A stretch of DNA of 64,000 bases. Origin: Mayamaea pseudoterrestris. Its lineage: Eukaryota. Shown in pieces: positions 1 through 12,700 of this stretch (its first letter is position 1; each line of letters starts with the position of its first letter). The notes below the pieces were generated by a model. It searched no databases, was not told the DNA's origin, and saw only the letters and a program-made list of their open reading frames with translations. The translations under genes were made by a program, and so were the position numbers. The stretch is from contig BROI01000011.1 in the NCBI GenBank assembly GCA_027923505.1, positions 434,001 to 498,000 of the forward strand. Reading direction: 5' to 3'.

Positions 1-755
1 GGAGCCGACTCGCTGTAGACTCGATGTTTCGCCGGATCGGCACTGACGCAAAGGTTTGCCACCAATGTACTTCCGCATCGCGATTCGTGAAAGGCGACGG
101 CCGTCAAATTTAAGACTTTGGGGACTTGAGTACTCATATCTGATACAGAATCTCCATGGTCTTGGTGCTTGGAATCATATTCTCGGACAGCTTCCGCGGC
201 AACTTTGAGAGGCACCGTTCGTGGATGCGCACAATCAGGCGACTTGCTGACGAGGTCACGGAACATTGGAGTTGCACTCGGATCTTGCTTGTGTATTGAC
301 CAGTCTAGTCGACAAAAAGAGCCATAGACGCCACTGTAATCGCCCTTGGCTGCCGTTGACAAGGACGAAGTGTCGCTGCGAATGTCGACGAGATGCAATC
401 TGGCTTGCACAATTTGCTCCAAGACTTCTTCCGTATCTGACTTCCACGCATTCGTACCTGAAGAGTCATGACTACCTAATTTTTGTTGCATAGCGTGTAT
501 TGGATTCGCATTGACAGCTTCACTTGCAAATTTTCGAAGACGCTGAGCAAGTTCCTGCCGACGTTGCCGATGCTCCTCAGCCTTGCTGCCTCCGCCAAAT
601 GGTTTGAACAAAATTATAAGAACGACTAGAAAAGCCACAGCGATCCATCCTATTCGATGCATCGTCTTGCGGCGAGCAGCCCGGCCATTATTTTCCTTCA
701 AGCCCATGCTATCTTGAGTGTCGATCGAGAAATGATCGGTTCGTGCTGCCGCCAT
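1..755 (-). CDS. Sulfotransferase-like type II membrane (Golgi-type) protein, 3' end runs off the window
   Basis: Not in the ORF track because there is no stop in the window. Manual translation from ATG at 755 is open to base 1: MAAARTDHF...RIGWIAVAFLVVLIILFKPFGG (single N-terminal TM)...FCRLDWSIHKQDP...PMFRDL...AVAFHESRCGSTLVANL...HRVYSES. FHESRCGSTL resembles the PAPS 5'-phosphosulfate-binding loop of sulfotransferases. Confidence 0.7.
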   Translation of the reverse strand, partial: MAAARTDHFSIDTQDSMGLKENNGRAARRKTMHRIGWIAVAFLVVLIILFKPFGGGSKAEEHRQRRQELAQRLRKFASEAVNANPIHAMQQKLGSHDSSGTNAWKSDTEEVLEQIVQARLHLVDIRSDTSSLSTAAKGDYSGVYGSFCRLDWSIHKQDPSATPMFRDLVSKSPDCAHPRTVPLKVAAEAVREYDSKHQDHGDSVSDMSTQVPKVLNLTAVAFHESRCGSTLVANLCVSADPAKHRVYSESA

Positions 756-1031
756 GAATCTCGCTCGCAAGTCGACGGTTGGCGACGACGACCGAATGCG
801 CTTGAAATGACCGATGGAACTCGAATGAACCACGATTAACAGAATGACCTTTTTACTTAACAAAATTGAATGAGGAAGGCGCTTTTCAAGAAATACGAGT
901 TCTGGATCTTCTCAAAAAGACATTCTGACAAAATAGACTGAGACATGAAGTGTACGCGGTCAAATCGCTTCTGCGCCAAGCTCGACGGAAACATCACAAC
1001 TCCCGTGCACCAAGAAGGAGGAGACAGCATT

Positions 1032-2027
1032 ATGAACTACCCTGCCACCGGCAAGTTCCAAGCCATGCTGTTTCTAAAGGATGCAGCTCGAGAGGCTGCG
1101 TTAGTGACTCCACCAGCGGCAAAGTCGGTTGCTGACAAAGCACGAATGCCTCGACCACGTTGCCGCACGCCCGTGGTTCGTTTCTCGCCCGACACCAAAC
1201 CAGAAGGACAAATTCGAACAGCACAGAAACGAAAATCCAATGCGTTGCTACAATCTGATCAGAAAAGCCAAAGTCCAGTCAAACAAAAAACGGTGCCAAA
1301 GGCTCGATCACCCAAGCAGCCCGTGGTTCTTTCCAAGCCAGCGCTCCAAGACACCGCCAGTCTGGACGTACTAACAAAGCTCGTTTTACAAAATGTCCGT
1401 ATTCTAAAGGAAATGGAAGCGTCTATTGATAGTAATTCTAAGCGGCGGGATAACATTGAAGCCGCCAATCCGTTTCGCCGACTAGCATTTCTTGCTCGCC
1501 ATGGCCGTCAGCCCAAGTTTTCCGATTACTTGCACGCCATGTCGGAATACAAATCAATGCACGGTCATTTGCGCGTCAAGCGCCACGAAGACTCTCGTCT
1601 CTATGAATATATCTTGGAGCTCCGGAGCGACCTCATGCAGCGCGCTAGCTTGCCACTGAGTGTAAATCGAATCCAACGCATTCAAATTCTGAAACAGCTT
1701 GGTTTGGCAGCCGAAATCGTCAGTTTTCACGGCAAACGCAAGCAACCTATGCGGCAACGAAGTAATCTAGAGTCGCTGCCGGAACAGCGCTGGTCAGACG
1801 AGTTCATGCACTTTGTTGTGGAGCCGACACTTGAAGATTATGTTCCCACGTTCGAAAGTCAGGCCAGTCGTTTGCAATGGTTACATCAACAGCAAGTCGA
1901 GTACTTTGCTGTCAAAGCAAAGTCCGACGACCCTTATACAAATATTCTGGCAAACTTTCGATATATTCTACTGAATAGTGCGGAAGAGGAAGCGAAGGCC
2001 GAAGGTTGCAAAAGTAGCGCGGACTGA
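1032..2027 (+). CDS. Helicase-associated (HA)-domain-like protein
   Basis: ORF 945..2027; likely start is ATG 1032 (945 is possible). FSDYLHAMSEYKSMHGHLRV...LYEYILELR...RIQILKQLG matches a degenerate HA repeat pattern (L..YK..HGH..V...R...L..LG). Confidence 0.6.
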   Translation: MNYPATGKFQAMLFLKDAAREAALVTPPAAKSVADKARMPRPRCRTPVVRFSPDTKPEGQIRTAQKRKSNALLQSDQKSQSPVKQKTVPKARSPKQPVVLSKPALQDTASLDVLTKLVLQNVRILKEMEASIDSNSKRRDNIEAANPFRRLAFLARHGRQPKFSDYLHAMSEYKSMHGHLRVKRHEDSRLYEYILELRSDLMQRASLPLSVNRIQRIQILKQLGLAAEIVSFHGKRKQPMRQRSNLESLPEQRWSDEFMHFVVEPTLEDYVPTFESQASRLQWLHQQQVEYFAVKAKSDDPYTNILANFRYILLNSAEEEAKAEGCKSSAD

Positions 2028-2131
2028 CCCCACTGTGTAAGGTCTACTGTATTCTGACATTATAACAGTAGCACATCGAATATATAGTATTTGTAATCCC
2101 CACATAAATTATTGTACTTAGCATTATACTT

Positions 2132-3415
2132 TTATCGCGAATAGACAGCCGGGAGAAAGAACTCGTCAGCGATTGCATCCATTTCCTCCAGGACAGCAAG
2201 TGCCGCAAACCGAGCAACGCAGTGTTTCCATCGTGTCATGATAACGTTACGTTCGTCAGAAGAGCTGGCTTGAAAGAGGTAGTTTGTACCGTCGGCCGTT
2301 TTAATCCAAAAGCAACAAGGAGCTTGAGCAAAAGGATAATGAGATCGGTCAAGTGGCTTGTCAACGCTCTTGATGCGGCAAATGTTAAGCAAGCGAATCG
2401 CATTGGGCGGTTCTTCAAAAACGGTTCCAGTATGGATCGAGGGTCTCCACATGAAAGTGGGTTCCAGCATACGACTATTGTTGTCGATGAGTGTCCCACG
2501 CTCCATCCAACACCTGGCCACAACTGGCGTGTGCACTACCCCTTTGGGAGAGTGATAGGTCAGCGTCCACACCATGTTTAAAGTCTCTTGGACGCTTGAT
2601 GGGCGGAGAGTTTCATAATTCTCCCCAGTTGGGTCTGCAGAAACACATGTCGGAGGGGGCAGCTTGAGGTCGGTAAACTCTGGGTCCGAGTCGTAGCCGT
2701 CGTCGGCAACGTTCAGCTTTATTGGTCGGCCCCACTGATCCAGACTGCGACTTCGTAACGCTACCGATGTAGGGCTTCCTGCCAAGCCAGCATACGATTT
2801 GGGAAGTTGCCTTTCCTGTCTCAGCCTGTCCAATAATGTTGCGCGTTGCTTGAGGTTTTTCCTTTGCGCTCGCGCAACAACCACAGGCGTCTCCGCATGG
2901 AAACGATGCAAAATGGTGCTCTTGTCCCAGCGAAGCTCGTCTTCTGTTGGATGGCTCGCGCACCCCAATACCTGGAGTATGTTGTCTTGTACAGCTCCGC
3001 GATAGCCGTCTGTCATGTCGACTGCATTTGGTGCACCGCAAAGATTATCGAGAATCCGTTCCAGAATACTCGTGCGAGCTAAGTTGTAGTAGCAACACAC
3101 TCCACTTTTTGGACGGTAGTCTTCGTCGACTGACTGCATTCGAATATCTGCAGACCTCATTGATGGAGTGTCATGGGGTGACAGAACATATTCTTCGTCA
3201 CCTTCCTCGTCATCCTCAATGTTAAGAATGGATAAATGAGTGTTGACCCCAGAAGTTTGATTAATGTCGTCAAGCTGCAACGTAGATGTGATTTGAGTGT
3301 CTTGCTGCCCCTGCCTGTAATCATCGAGATTGGCGACATCAATTTTAGGCGCATGTCCATGGTCAGTGCGAGCGTCAAATATAGAGCTGCCCATATCGTT
3401 CGAGTGGAGCTCCAT
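2132..3415 (-). CDS. Hypothetical protein with probable C-terminal PH-like domain
   Basis: 465-codon ORF 2132..3529; likely start MELHSN at 3415. Acidic low-complexity N-terminus, then a beta-rich region ending CFWIKTADGTNYLFQASSSDERNVIMTRWK, typical of the C-terminal strand and helix of PH folds. Confidence 0.6.
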   Translation of the reverse strand: MELHSNDMGSSIFDARTDHGHAPKIDVANLDDYRQGQQDTQITSTLQLDDINQTSGVNTHLSILNIEDDEEGDEEYVLSPHDTPSMRSADIRMQSVDEDYRPKSGVCCYYNLARTSILERILDNLCGAPNAVDMTDGYRGAVQDNILQVLGCASHPTEDELRWDKSTILHRFHAETPVVVARAQRKNLKQRATLLDRLRQERQLPKSYAGLAGSPTSVALRSRSLDQWGRPIKLNVADDGYDSDPEFTDLKLPPPTCVSADPTGENYETLRPSSVQETLNMVWTLTYHSPKGVVHTPVVARCWMERGTLIDNNSRMLEPTFMWRPSIHTGTVFEEPPNAIRLLNICRIKSVDKPLDRSHYPFAQAPCCFWIKTADGTNYLFQASSSDERNVIMTRWKHCVARFAALAVLEEMDAIADEFFLPAVYSR

Positions 3416-4044
3416 GGCTATAATATATATTGCTTTCAAGGCTGCTAATCGCTTCACGACAAAATATCGGTCTACGGTTTTCGGCAACAAAGAAGACGCT
3501 GCAGCAATGTGCGATTTTTGAAGGAACAATGATGCGAGAGTCGAGCCACTCCGTGGAAGGTGCGAGATGCGATGTTGTGAAGATGTGTGTGACGCGGTCC
3601 GCTTGGTTACATAGAGCTCGTTAGGAGGCCTCGCTCGTCGGTGATAAATTTAGCGCACGCTCTGGAGTAGTTTAGACAAGCCGAAAAGTGAATAAAGCTA
3701 CTCACTAGCGGACTTCTGATTGGCGTCATCCGTTGGCGCCGGTTGCGAACTTCCGTTCATCAAGTCTTCGCAGTCACAATTTGAATTGGAAGTCGTCGAT
3801 CTCATAATTGCTCTCAAGCCCGTATTCTAGCTACTGTAACGCAATCGATTAAGTTGTAACGCTAAGTCTGGGCCAAATACGCTTCACTGTCGTGTCCTTA
3901 ACCTTGCAGCCCAGAGAGTGATTTGTACTGCGATCATTCATACAGGTGCTGGTGTCTGGCATTGAAACCAGTAAGTTAGTCTTTGGCGTCACTTCAGCTG
4001 CCGCAAAAACTCGATGACGAAATTACAGCTACAAGCCGTAACAA

Positions 4045-5121
4045 TCATGGATGGTAGGAGTCTGCTGAGCAGTTCCGCCAATCGGGATTGATCATTGGCT
4101 CGACATGGTCCGTGTCGTTAAGCCATGTCGGATTCTCGAGTTCATCCAGATAGCAATTCAAATACGGGCATCGCATGTGCGCACTTAGCCAATACGAGTA
4201 GCCGCACGTCAACACTGGATCTCTGCCATAGGCTGCAATGCCATTAACGTACAAGCCCCAGCACCATGCCATGGCTGCTCGGCTCCACCAAACATCAACG
4301 TTAAAGTGCATGCCAATCAACCAGCCCAAGTACCAATGATGCATATGTAGATATTCCGACGAAAGGTAGGGCACCAGAAATAGTGTAATGCATAGTATCA
4401 GCTCCATCAACTTGACGAAAAAGACTCGCTCCTGAAATGCCTTGTGCACGTGCATTAATATCAACCCGACGACGATTGGCGCTGCCAGCAAGACAAAGGC
4501 AAACAACTGCCACGGCCATCGACAATGAATTTCGTACAAGGTGAATGCATGTTGAAGGAACTGAAATCGAGTCAAATTGATTGAAAAGACATTGGCTGCC
4601 AAGCACCAGCCAATCCATGCCAAGTGGTCAATGCCTTGTTGCTTGTAGAGCCGCCCGACCATGAAATACACTAGAGCATCCTGAACAATCAGATTGGATT
4701 CAAATGTATACAAGTCGGATAGTTGCAAGTGTGGATTGTGCTCATAGTCCATGATGCGAACCAAGTGGTAGACCACGACAATGAGTAGAGCCGTTGCAGT
4801 GATGAACTTTAGAAACTTGACAATGGCTGGACTTTCAACCAGTCTAACGTTTAGGTAGTGCATTGGTTCATCTGGTAGCAGTGTCGAGTGGAGTAGCTTG
4901 GTCAAACTGAGCATGCTTGGAGTCGTGACAATCTCATGGAGCAACGATTGACTTTCGGCGTCGCCATTTTCATCGTCGTCGTTGTCATCTCCGGTTGGAT
5001 AGTGCAAAAGTGAATCAGTACGTTCAACGTCATTATTGATTTGCTTGTCGGTGAGGCCCTCTGTATCGTTGAATAGTTCGTCCTCTGGATCGGTTGTCGC
5101 GACAAGGTCATAGTCATTCAT
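4045..5121 (-). CDS. Multi-pass membrane protein of unknown function
   Basis: Single-exon ORF of about 358 aa (ATG 5121). Acidic N-terminus, about 6-7 hydrophobic segments, HMHHWYLGW..GMHFN His motif and a Cys-containing C-terminal tail. Confidence 0.75.
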   Translation of the reverse strand: MNDYDLVATTDPEDELFNDTEGLTDKQINNDVERTDSLLHYPTGDDNDDDENGDAESQSLLHEIVTTPSMLSLTKLLHSTLLPDEPMHYLNVRLVESPAIVKFLKFITATALLIVVVYHLVRIMDYEHNPHLQLSDLYTFESNLIVQDALVYFMVGRLYKQQGIDHLAWIGWCLAANVFSINLTRFQFLQHAFTLYEIHCRWPWQLFAFVLLAAPIVVGLILMHVHKAFQERVFFVKLMELILCITLFLVPYLSSEYLHMHHWYLGWLIGMHFNVDVWWSRAAMAWCWGLYVNGIAAYGRDPVLTCGYSYWLSAHMRCPYLNCYLDELENPTWLNDTDHVEPMINPDWRNCSADSYHP

Positions 5122-5622
5122 TTCCAAAGAACATGCGGCGATTGGCGATTATCGAGGCAGCAAGAAGCAAGCGGTCACAGTTGGATAAATTGCTTTCTCG
5201 ACGTGCAGATTGCTAGTAAACGATTCTGCATTTGTAAGAAGCGAGGCTTTTCTTTGACCTTGTTCATGGTTGTCGGTCGAGCCATTGCAAATTCGCGATG
5301 CACACGCGAACGCGTGCCGTTTATGGGCGAAGGAACCCGCAAATGTGACGTGGCAGATGTCGCTCCGGTGCACTACTCTTCGACTGAGACTCCACGTTCC
5401 GCCAGAACTTTTTCAGTGACTCGCAGAGAACGGGTCGTCAACCCCCTTCGAACATGCTCCTTGCGCACAACGTTCGTTTAAATACGCGCCTCTACTCTTG
5501 ATAGTGCGCAGTCGCCTTGACGTTACTCGACAGATTATTTCATCCGACAAGGTATTTTAATCCGAGCAGCCAGCGCGAATCGTTTCGTTCAGTCATTTCC
5601 CAAGTCATCGCTCGCCTCTAGC

Positions 5623-7567
5623 ATGGGAAATCAGCCTTCGCAGCAGGAAGGTGCGCGGCCATTGGCCAACTCGATCAACCAAAACATTCGCAACCTTTTG
5701 CGGCCTCCTGGGACATTGGGATTGAACAAGACGGAGTTGGATAAGCGATGCCAACCGAGTGGGTACGTGCATGTACTGCAGTCATGAGAGCGAATACTGA
5801 TGTAGCTTTTGACAGAATTCGTCAAAGACGAGACAAACATCATGACTTCATGATGAAACAGCATTATATTACGTACATACTCACTTATTATTACAATTTT
5901 TCAGTCTCTATCCAACTTGCAAATGGGAAGACAAGGCCATTCGTCGATTGATTGCGGATGGGAAACTCGCCAGTCGCCTGCGCGGCAAGGAGCTTCGAAC
6001 GTCTCCAGCCGACACGGAATGTCCCATTTGCTTTCTTCATTATGGAGAAGTCAATGTCACAAAATGCTGTCAGGCAAGCTTGTGCACCGAGTGTTACCTC
6101 CAAGTGCGACCGCAGCGTGTACAAGCGCCTTGTCCCTTTTGCAACGCGAGCAAACTTTACATTGCAGTAGCAAAGACTATGGACCCAAAGGCTATTCAAA
6201 AGCGAGCCGAGGAGGAGCAATTAGTAATTGAGGCTACCATTCGTGCCAGGGCAGAAGTGAAGCAAGACAAGGCGTACGAAGATTTTGCCGTCGACGACGA
6301 TGAGGGCGATGACGAAAACGAGCGTCGTGGAGGTGACATTGTTCCGCAAGTCGACGGCAAGGAACTTTCGTCGCCATCCCGCGGTGAATTCGGCTCCTAC
6401 TTGGCGCAAGACAAGCGCCTCGCTTCCATTCGAGCTCGGTCCGAAAGTTTCGCGTCGGCCGAGTCATCGTCGCAAAATACCTCGAGCGAACACTTGGTGT
6501 CCGACATTACGGCGCTTGCCATGACGCCAGAGGAACGAGCCTTGCTGGAGCAGGAGGTTCGTGTGCAGCATTCGCATCCATTGGCGCAACGCATGGAACA
6601 GGAGCAAATGGAGCGTCGTTTGCAGAATGAGCGAGACTACTACAGGACGCAGGCTGGTCGGTTGCGTGAATTGCGGGCGCGGCGTGAATTGATGGGACGA
6701 ACTTTGGGAATGGTGCCACCTGATGCGGTTCGGTCGGGGTCTGCGCGAGATTGGTCGCTGCGCGGCTCTCCGGAATGGAATCGAATGATTAGCGCACATG
6801 ATAATCCTAGTGGTCGGGGACAACACTTGGATGATTTGGTGGTGCTTGAAGCAGCAATTTTATTGAGCATGGAGGAAGAGGCTCGGCGATTACAGAGCAG
6901 TAATGCTTCTGATCTGGACGGTAGCGAGACTGGGTCGGGACGCGATACGAACGGGTTGTTGCGACGGCTCGGAGAGATCAGCAACCTTCCCAGTTCCAGC
7001 AATGGCACTGCAGAGCTTGCGGCTCATTTGAGCAATGTAATGCGGTCACTTCAATCAAGTCGACAAGAACAAGAGCTTGTTAGAAGCGCTGGGGCAAGCT
7101 CTGATGCGCCTGAGAACGAGTCTTCTTTGGATATTGGTTCGATTTTGTTGCGAGGAATTACCGAAGAGGAACAAATTGCCATGGCCATTGCTGCAAGTCT
7201 GACCGAATCTGGTGGTACTACTCCAGTGGAGAGCAACTCTTCAACAGCCCTTGACACTTCACAAATGGATTCGTCGGTGATAGATCCGATAATCAATGGA
7301 GCAAATTCTGGAAGTTACTTGCGACCTCCATCTTTTCGAGAATATAGCGACGATGACCATGACGAGGAAATCTGTCGATCAACACCTGCTACTCACATTC
7401 CCGACGGCGTGAAAGAGGAATTATGTGTACCTGATACTGACGATTCAAGTTCTGGAAACAATGTGGATCGAGATGGATTGCCCGATGGTAATAAAGAAGC
7501 ATCGTCGGGCGCTGACGATTTGTGTGCAGGAGGTCATGCCGTCGACCGTGGAGCGTCAACCGCTTAA
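5623..7567 (+). CDS. RING-type E3 ubiquitin ligase, DA2/GW2/SIP5-like, 2 exons (5623..5762, 5905..7567)
   Basis: Exon 1 MGNQPSQ...DKRCQPSG, intron GTACGT...TTTTCAG (5763..5904), then in-frame GLYPTCKWEDKAIRRLIADGKLA...ECPICFLHYGEVNVTKCCQASLCTECYLQV...CPFC. This is the DA2/GW2/SIP5 pattern. Also has an N-myristoylation-type MGN start and UIM-like helices LEAAILLSMEE and EEEQIAMAIAASL. Confidence 0.85.
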
Positions 7568-8087
7568 GAAATGTCGCGAGAACAGAAACGAAAGCACCGC
7601 ACCAGACTACGCCTTGGCAAGGCTGAGTCTTGCTCTATCTTTTGCCTTGATTTGGAATTCAAGACGTTGGATCAGGCTAAGTCGCGTTTGCGCTTAGGTG
7701 GCCGAACAATTTTTGCTCTTTTTCGAGCCATTTTTCGACCTGGTTTCACAGCTTCTATGAGTAGCTCTACTAGCATTGCGTGAGAGCTTCGCGCCTGAAA
7801 TAAGTTAAGACGTCACGAGGAGGGCGCACGATTGTTTAGAGCTTGGTCTGCATTTTTGTCAGCAATTGGGGTTGCACAAGGATGCGATAAATTAGCTGTA
7901 GGCTGCAGTAAATTACAATCCATTAAAAGCTACTGGTCGATTGTTCCAGCAACAAACAAGATAGCATCATTACAGTGGTCGCCCTGCATCGTCGATAGTC
8001 TAGCCACAACCCGAAACTCTTCGCAGCGGTAAGAAAAACCATAGCACGGACAACTCGGTTTTGATTCGAATGAACTGCTGATCACGC

Positions 8088-9426
8088 TCACAATTGGAAG
8101 TCGGGACAGTCCACGAATTCTGCAGCTACATTGTCCGCCAGTTCATTCTTCTTGACATGTTCTAGCTCCAATTCTTGCTTCAAACGTTTGCGGGGCTGCT
8201 CCGTAGTCGTACCAGCCTCCGCCGTCGACGCAGTCGCTGTTGAAGTCGAATTACTCCACGTAAACCCCAAGTTGTTGAGCTTATCGAGTCGTTCCTGCGT
8301 CATGCGACTCTTTCTGCCCTTCTTCTGCCGAACACTGTACTCGAGTCGTTGATTGCGTCTGCGAAAAGAAAGGATATAAGCAGTTGTAGACATATTAGCG
8401 ACAGCTTTGCTTGCGCTAACACTTACACCCAATTCGCCAACTCTGGATCTTGGCTCCAATTCTTGGGAACTCGACAATGTGCATGGTCGCGATGAAACAA
8501 TACCAGCTTATCAAAGTTGCTATTCCATTTCTCCCGCTGCGGATCCCATTCAAATTCAATATCATTGAGCCGTTTGATGCGTTCGGGTGTAATCTTGCCT
8601 GTGCCCGAGGCTTGAAACAGCCAATACTCGACGCGCTGATAATGCACCCATCGTCCGAGGCGAGGATCGTCATGGTAGCATTGCGGAACAAGCGTATGTC
8701 CATGTTTCTTCTGATAGCTGGCGATTCACGATGAATGATTATGTAAGTAACATGCCACTACCTGGTATATTATTGTAAAAAGCGGCAGACAGACTTACTC
8801 GGCAAGCTTCTGAAACATGGCGTTCCATTTTTCGTCTGCAAGAACGACATAGGATGAATGAGCAACATGGCGAAAGTTATATATGAAGTAAAATTTCTCT
8901 TCTACTCACCATGTTTCGAATAAATTACTCCTGCTCCAGCAATTTCGATTGCCAGGGAATCATCAGCGCCGCTAAGAACTGCCTTTGCGGCTGCTTCAAT
9001 CAGTTCTTCGTGACGCTGTCGGTCTGTTCGACCGACTCGACGAGTCCGACCTTTGGATGTAGTTGGTTGAGTTTTATTTTGTACAATGGCTGTGCCTAGG
9101 TTCAGTTTGCTGGGAGAAAGCAGCTGCTGCGACTGATTTTGATTATTGTTCATTGTCGCGGCAGCTGCGGCGATGGAAGCTGATGGATCCAAAGGCTGCT
9201 CCGTTATGACGGACTCATGATTTTCAAAATTTACTCCATGAAGTTGCTGAGTATCATGCTGCGCAACATGATCATTCTGATTTAAAACGTCGTCGTCCAG
9301 CATGCCTTCACCGTGCTGAACAGCTGCAACAGCAAACGCAACGGCGTCGTCCTCGGGAACAGCGTCGAGGTCATCATCATGGCCCATGGGCGGCAAGGCA
9401 CTGGAAGCGTCTTCTGCAATACTCAT
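8088..9426 (-). CDS. Protein with two helicase-associated (HA) domains, 4 exons (9426..8910, 8835..8799, 8717..8427, 8358..8088)
   Basis: Canonical GT-AG introns join KHDEKWNAMFQKLADYQKKHGHTLVPQ...LGRWVHYQR...ITPERIKRLNDIEFEW and EKWNSNFDKLVLFHRDHAHCRVP...LANWVRNQR...MTQERLDKLNNLGFTW, two clear HA repeats. This family is expanded in diatoms. Confidence 0.88.
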
Positions 9427-9775
9427 ATCTATTTAATAGAGGATAAATGGATGCAGTAAAAAGTGAAGTGAAGTAGGCCGCGCAATGCAAGCGATGCTGT
9501 CCAATGGCGGCCGACTGTCGCATTGAGTCGTGGTGCGATACCGGTAGTATCTACACCGCCGCAAATTCGACCAAGGCATTCTAACTCCGGTGGACATGCC
9601 ATACATCTAGCAATGAAAGAGCGTCTCGTCAGCCAGCGCAATAAAGACCACAATAATATCGCTCTGACTTTGATCGACTAATCCCAAGGCTACTTTAATG
9701 ACGTCGCTTGTGGCAGTCCAAATTAACGGACACGAAGCTGTACTACCTAACCCGGTAAATCACAACATACTTCTA

Positions 9776-12700
9776 TTAATCCCACAATTCTTCAAAACCT
9801 CTAAACATTGCCTTTTCTTGCTCTGTAATTTCGCCAAACTCTTGAATTGTAATGTCTTGCAAATGGCTCCAGTCCTCAAAGCACGACGTATCGAAGGCGT
9901 CCTTTAACGTTGGTACCCAAGGCGCTTTCACCTGACGTCGGCGAATCTCGTTCAAATCATAATTCTGGAACCAGGGATGCTCCTCTATTTCTCGCTCGCC
10001 GCGCGCCAAAGATCCAAGCCGTCGGGTTGGGTCCTTGACCAATAGTCGCATGATGAGATCGGCAGCTTCGACCGAGCAATCAGTTGGCTTCGTAACTGGA
10101 TCCATGACAATGCTGTGAAACAGTGCAATCTGATCCATGCCTTCGTAGTAAAAGGGATTGGTACCGAGCACCATTTCGTGGATTAAAATGCCAAGTGACC
10201 AGTGGTCGGCGCTGCAATCGTGACCGCGAGTCGTAATGGATTCTGGCGGCAGATATCCAGGCGTACCGCAAAGAGTGTACGTCTTATCTGGGACGTATTT
10301 AGCAAAGCTAAAGCAAAGCAAGAGCCAAGAACGGGGTTAGTGTAGGTCGCGCCGTACATTTGAAAGGTACGCCGATGCTGTACTTACCCAAAGTCTATGA
10401 GAATTGGGTAGCCCAGGTGGTCGATCATAACATTTTCTGGCTTCTATGCACAAAAAGGAAGAACGAGCATCAGCAAAAAAACTATGATTATGCGGTGAGA
10501 AGCGACAATGAACGGCGAAATTAAGCTTACCAGATCGCGGAATACAATTTTGGATCGATGAATGTAGGCAAACACATCCGCCAGACAAAACGCATAAAAC
10601 TTGGCTTGCTCCTCCGGAAAGCCCCTGTCATGGTGCTCGTCGCTGTGAAGAAGACTGAATAACTCTCCGCCTTGAATATATTCCATCAGCAGGTAGACGA
10701 ACATGCTGTCTTGAAATGCCTTCACCAATTTGCACGTAAAAGGGTGTTGAATTTGAGCTAAGATCTTCTTCTCTTCCATGACAGCCTTAATTTGTCCCTC
10801 CTGAGCCAAGTCACACTTGGATTGGATCTTCAGCGCAAATGGGCGTGCCTCTTTGATGTCTGGAAGTGGTTCGGATACGAGCCATACCTGCGCGATGTGA
10901 TTGTGGAAATTAGCGGGGTGACGATATAAGTTCTTTTACAGACGATGAAACAAATCACATACCTGTCCAAACGACCCTTCGCCCAAGATACAGTTCTTTA
11001 TCAGGTCCTCCAAGTCGGCATCGGTGTCCACTCGAGCAAAATTTAGATTAAATGACTCGGACATGGCACTGGGCTCGGCGAGTAGAGCCGTGTCAAACAC
11101 GTTCCTAGCATCTTGTAACGTTAAAATTCCACAAACAACCGGTGAGAGGGCCTTGGCAGAGAACGGCGGCTTCCAATAAATGGAAGCATCGAAAGTGCCA
11201 TCGTCCTTGAAAGCAGTGTCGCCAAAGTAGCCTCCAGCCTTGACAACCTCCACCTTTCCTCTCGACGATATTTCGACTTCGCCCTTTCGAACAAAGAAAA
11301 TGGCAATTTTGGTCTTCAATCCCTGTGCCAAAATTAGTTGCATGTGCATATACTTTTTCTCGACAAACACGGAAGCCAGCGACGCTAGCTGACGACCATT
11401 CAGTTTTGCATTTTGTAGACACTTCATACCTGCAAGGCGTTGAGCGTCTTGCGCTTTCAGTACTAGATCTTTGAATTTGCCGAGAACCGAGTCAAATTGT
11501 TTCCTATCAATGGAATAGAGCATCCCTCTTGCTTGCGCAATAACATTCATATGAAGCGACTCGTTGGAAATAAGCGAGCTTTCGCCAAACCATTCACCGG
11601 GACCAAGGACTTGATCCGTGTAATCCGTTTGCCCAGCCGTGACATCTTTGCAGATAACAGATCCCTCTTGAATTATGTAAAAGCTATTTGAGCTCGCAGC
11701 GCCTCTCTCCACTATCAGCTGGTCCTTTCCAAAAGGGACTGGCGTCATACACGAAGCGAGTTTCTTGAGATCTGCTTCACACAACTCCTTCAGAAAGCGG
11801 ACACCTTGCAATAAATTCAGCCTGTCGTCCTCGGATTTCGTCTGCTGAGATTTAAGAGTCAGGCGGACAGTTTTTTGGTCGACGCGAAACAAGGTCACGT
11901 CGGTAGCTGCAATGGCTGTCGAACCTGAGGTCGTTTGCTGTGATTGCAATTGGCTTGCAAACTGGAAGCAAAGAAAGTGTCAGAGAGTCATAGGTAATTT
12001 AAAAAACGAACAATTCGAGGTGACTTACCGCATAAACGAGACTGAGTTCTCCAAATGAATCGCCACCATGCGCTTGCGTAGCCGGCTTGCCATCCATTAT
12101 AACGTCCACTGTCCCCTTCTTTACTATATAGAAATGCTCTCCAGGATTGTTGGACGCCACAATCGTTTCTTTAGCCTTAAATGAGCATTCTTCAAAAGCA
12201 TTGCACATTTCCTCGAGCTCGCGCTCTGGCAGACTCGAAAAGACAAAATTCTTCAGTAAGGCATCTCGAATAATTGTTCCATCTCCCTCAACGCGCTCAT
12301 GAACCGGTGGTTTATAGTCGGGAGCGTCATCCAAGGCCTTACGAAAGCTCATTCGAGTTGTCATTCGGACAGACTCTTTACGTGTCGCTAGCGGCGACTT
12401 GGTCGTTGCCATGAATGACTTCATGTTGTCGGCCTTGGTCCGCTTCGTTGGCGATATTGGCATTGATGTAGCAGGTTGCTGCTCAGGGACAACAAGCTTA
12501 GCTGTTGGTGGAGTCAGCGGCGCAACTGGAAGTGTTGCCTGATCGTTCGTCGCTTGTTCCGGCGAGGCTGGTGGTGACGAATTCGGCGGCGCTTTGGGTA
12601 GTACCTTGGGTGATGCATTCGTCGTAACCTGCTTATCGCCTGTAATTTGCGTTTTACTGTGCTTCGGCGAGAGTGCTTGCTTTCCTCTCTCTTCAAATAC

